Source: an uncultured Gemmatimonadales bacterium
Lineage (GTDB): Bacteria > Gemmatimonadota > Gemmatimonadetes > Longimicrobiales > Gaopeijiaceae
Assembly (NCBI GenBank): GCA_963823035.1
Contig: CAWGKG010000004.1
Coordinates: 320,001-384,000, forward strand
Direction: 5' to 3'
Length of the DNA: 64,000 bases
Shown here: positions 63,320 through 64,000 of the stretch, in pieces
Numbering within the stretch: the stretch's first letter is position 1
Layout: each line of letters begins with the position of its first letter
Position numbers and translations under genes: made by a program
The notes under the pieces: generated by a model
The model's database searches: none
The model's input: the letters and a program-made list of their open reading frames with translations, nothing else
Told to the model about the DNA's origin: nothing

Positions 63320-64000
63320 ATGGCTTCCGTCCCCGCCCTCCGGGTCCACCCCCTGAACGGCGCCCCGCTCCGCAAGGACGGCGAGCACGTCCTCTATTGG
63401 ATGGTCACGAGCCGCCGGCTGGGGTGGAACTTCGCGCTCGACCGAGCCCTCGACCACGCGCGCGCCCTCCAGCGCCCGCTGATCGTCCTGGAGGCCCTGC
63501 GCGCCGGGTATCCGTGGGCCTCGGACCGCCACCACGCCTTCGCGATCGCGGGGATGCGCGACAACGCGCGACGCGCGCGGGGAGGCGACGTGGCATACCA
63601 CCCCTATGTGGAGCCCGAAGAGGGCGCCGGGAGCGGGCTCGTCGAAGCGCTCTCCCGCGAAGCCTGCGTCGTGGTCACGGACCTGTATCCCACCTTCTTC
63701 ATCGCGCGGATGCAGCGCGCGGTGGCGGCGCGCCTTGGGGTCCGCCTCGAGGCCGTGGACTCGAACGGCTTGCTGCCGCTCGCCGCCGCTCCGAGGGCCT
63801 TCACGGCGGCGTACCACTTCCGCCGGTTCCTGCAGAAGAACCTCGGCGGCCATCTGGTCGAAGCACCGGCCGCGTCACCGCTGGAGGAGGACGGATTCCC
63901 CGCCTCGGACGGGATCCCCGCGGGCGTGGGAGCACGCTGGCCCGCGGCTCCCGACGCGCTCCTGAACGGCGACGAGGGGGCGCTCGGACGGCTTTCCATC
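63320..64000 (+). CDS. Deoxyribodipyrimidine photolyase (class II-like N-terminus), 3' partial
   Basis: Manual translation gives MASVPALRVHPLNG...VLYWMVTSRRLGWNFALD...VVVTD...AVDSNGLLP. The frame is open to the window end, so it is absent from the ORF track. Confidence 0.8.
   Translation, partial: MASVPALRVHPLNGAPLRKDGEHVLYWMVTSRRLGWNFALDRALDHARALQRPLIVLEALRAGYPWASDRHHAFAIAGMRDNARRARGGDVAYHPYVEPEEGAGSGLVEALSREACVVVTDLYPTFFIARMQRAVAARLGVRLEAVDSNGLLPLAAAPRAFTAAYHFRRFLQKNLGGHLVEAPAASPLEEDGFPASDGIPAGVGARWPAAPDALLNGDEGALGRLSI

Overview
Very GC-rich bacterial sequence. The gene repertoire resembles Gemmatimonadota, but this is an inference only. Many genes carry single-base frameshifts that look like long-read assembly errors. 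Bases 1-27.8 kb hold secreted hydrolases (S9 and M1 peptidases, a VPS10/BNR beta-propeller, a GH38 mannosidase, a metzincin), an Fpg/Nei glycosylase, PadR and Rrf2 regulators with palindromic operators, and envelope hypotheticals. Bases 27.9-55.9 kb form one contiguous low-oxygen/metal block with four parts. The first is CBS and Usp genes plus a membrane kinase lacking its phospho-His, divergent from a FixL-like PAS kinase and a NarL regulator. The second is a TonB receptor, a CusRS-like pair, a small beta-barrel and a CusCBA-type pump followed by two Met/His-rich exported proteins instead of CusF. The third is Fur-boxed feoAB, and the fourth is a complete cbb3 oxidase locus (ccoNOQPGHIS) with an unannotated 30-aa membrane peptide. 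Bases 56-64 kb encode a hypothetical protein, a methyltransferase, an S9 peptidase, AlaX, a Tat-exported SDR and a photolyase start. I saw no rRNA, tRNA, CRISPR array or transposase. The best novelty candidates are the pseudokinase three-component system and the copper regulon, where the TonB receptor and efflux pump share a 38-bp operator.
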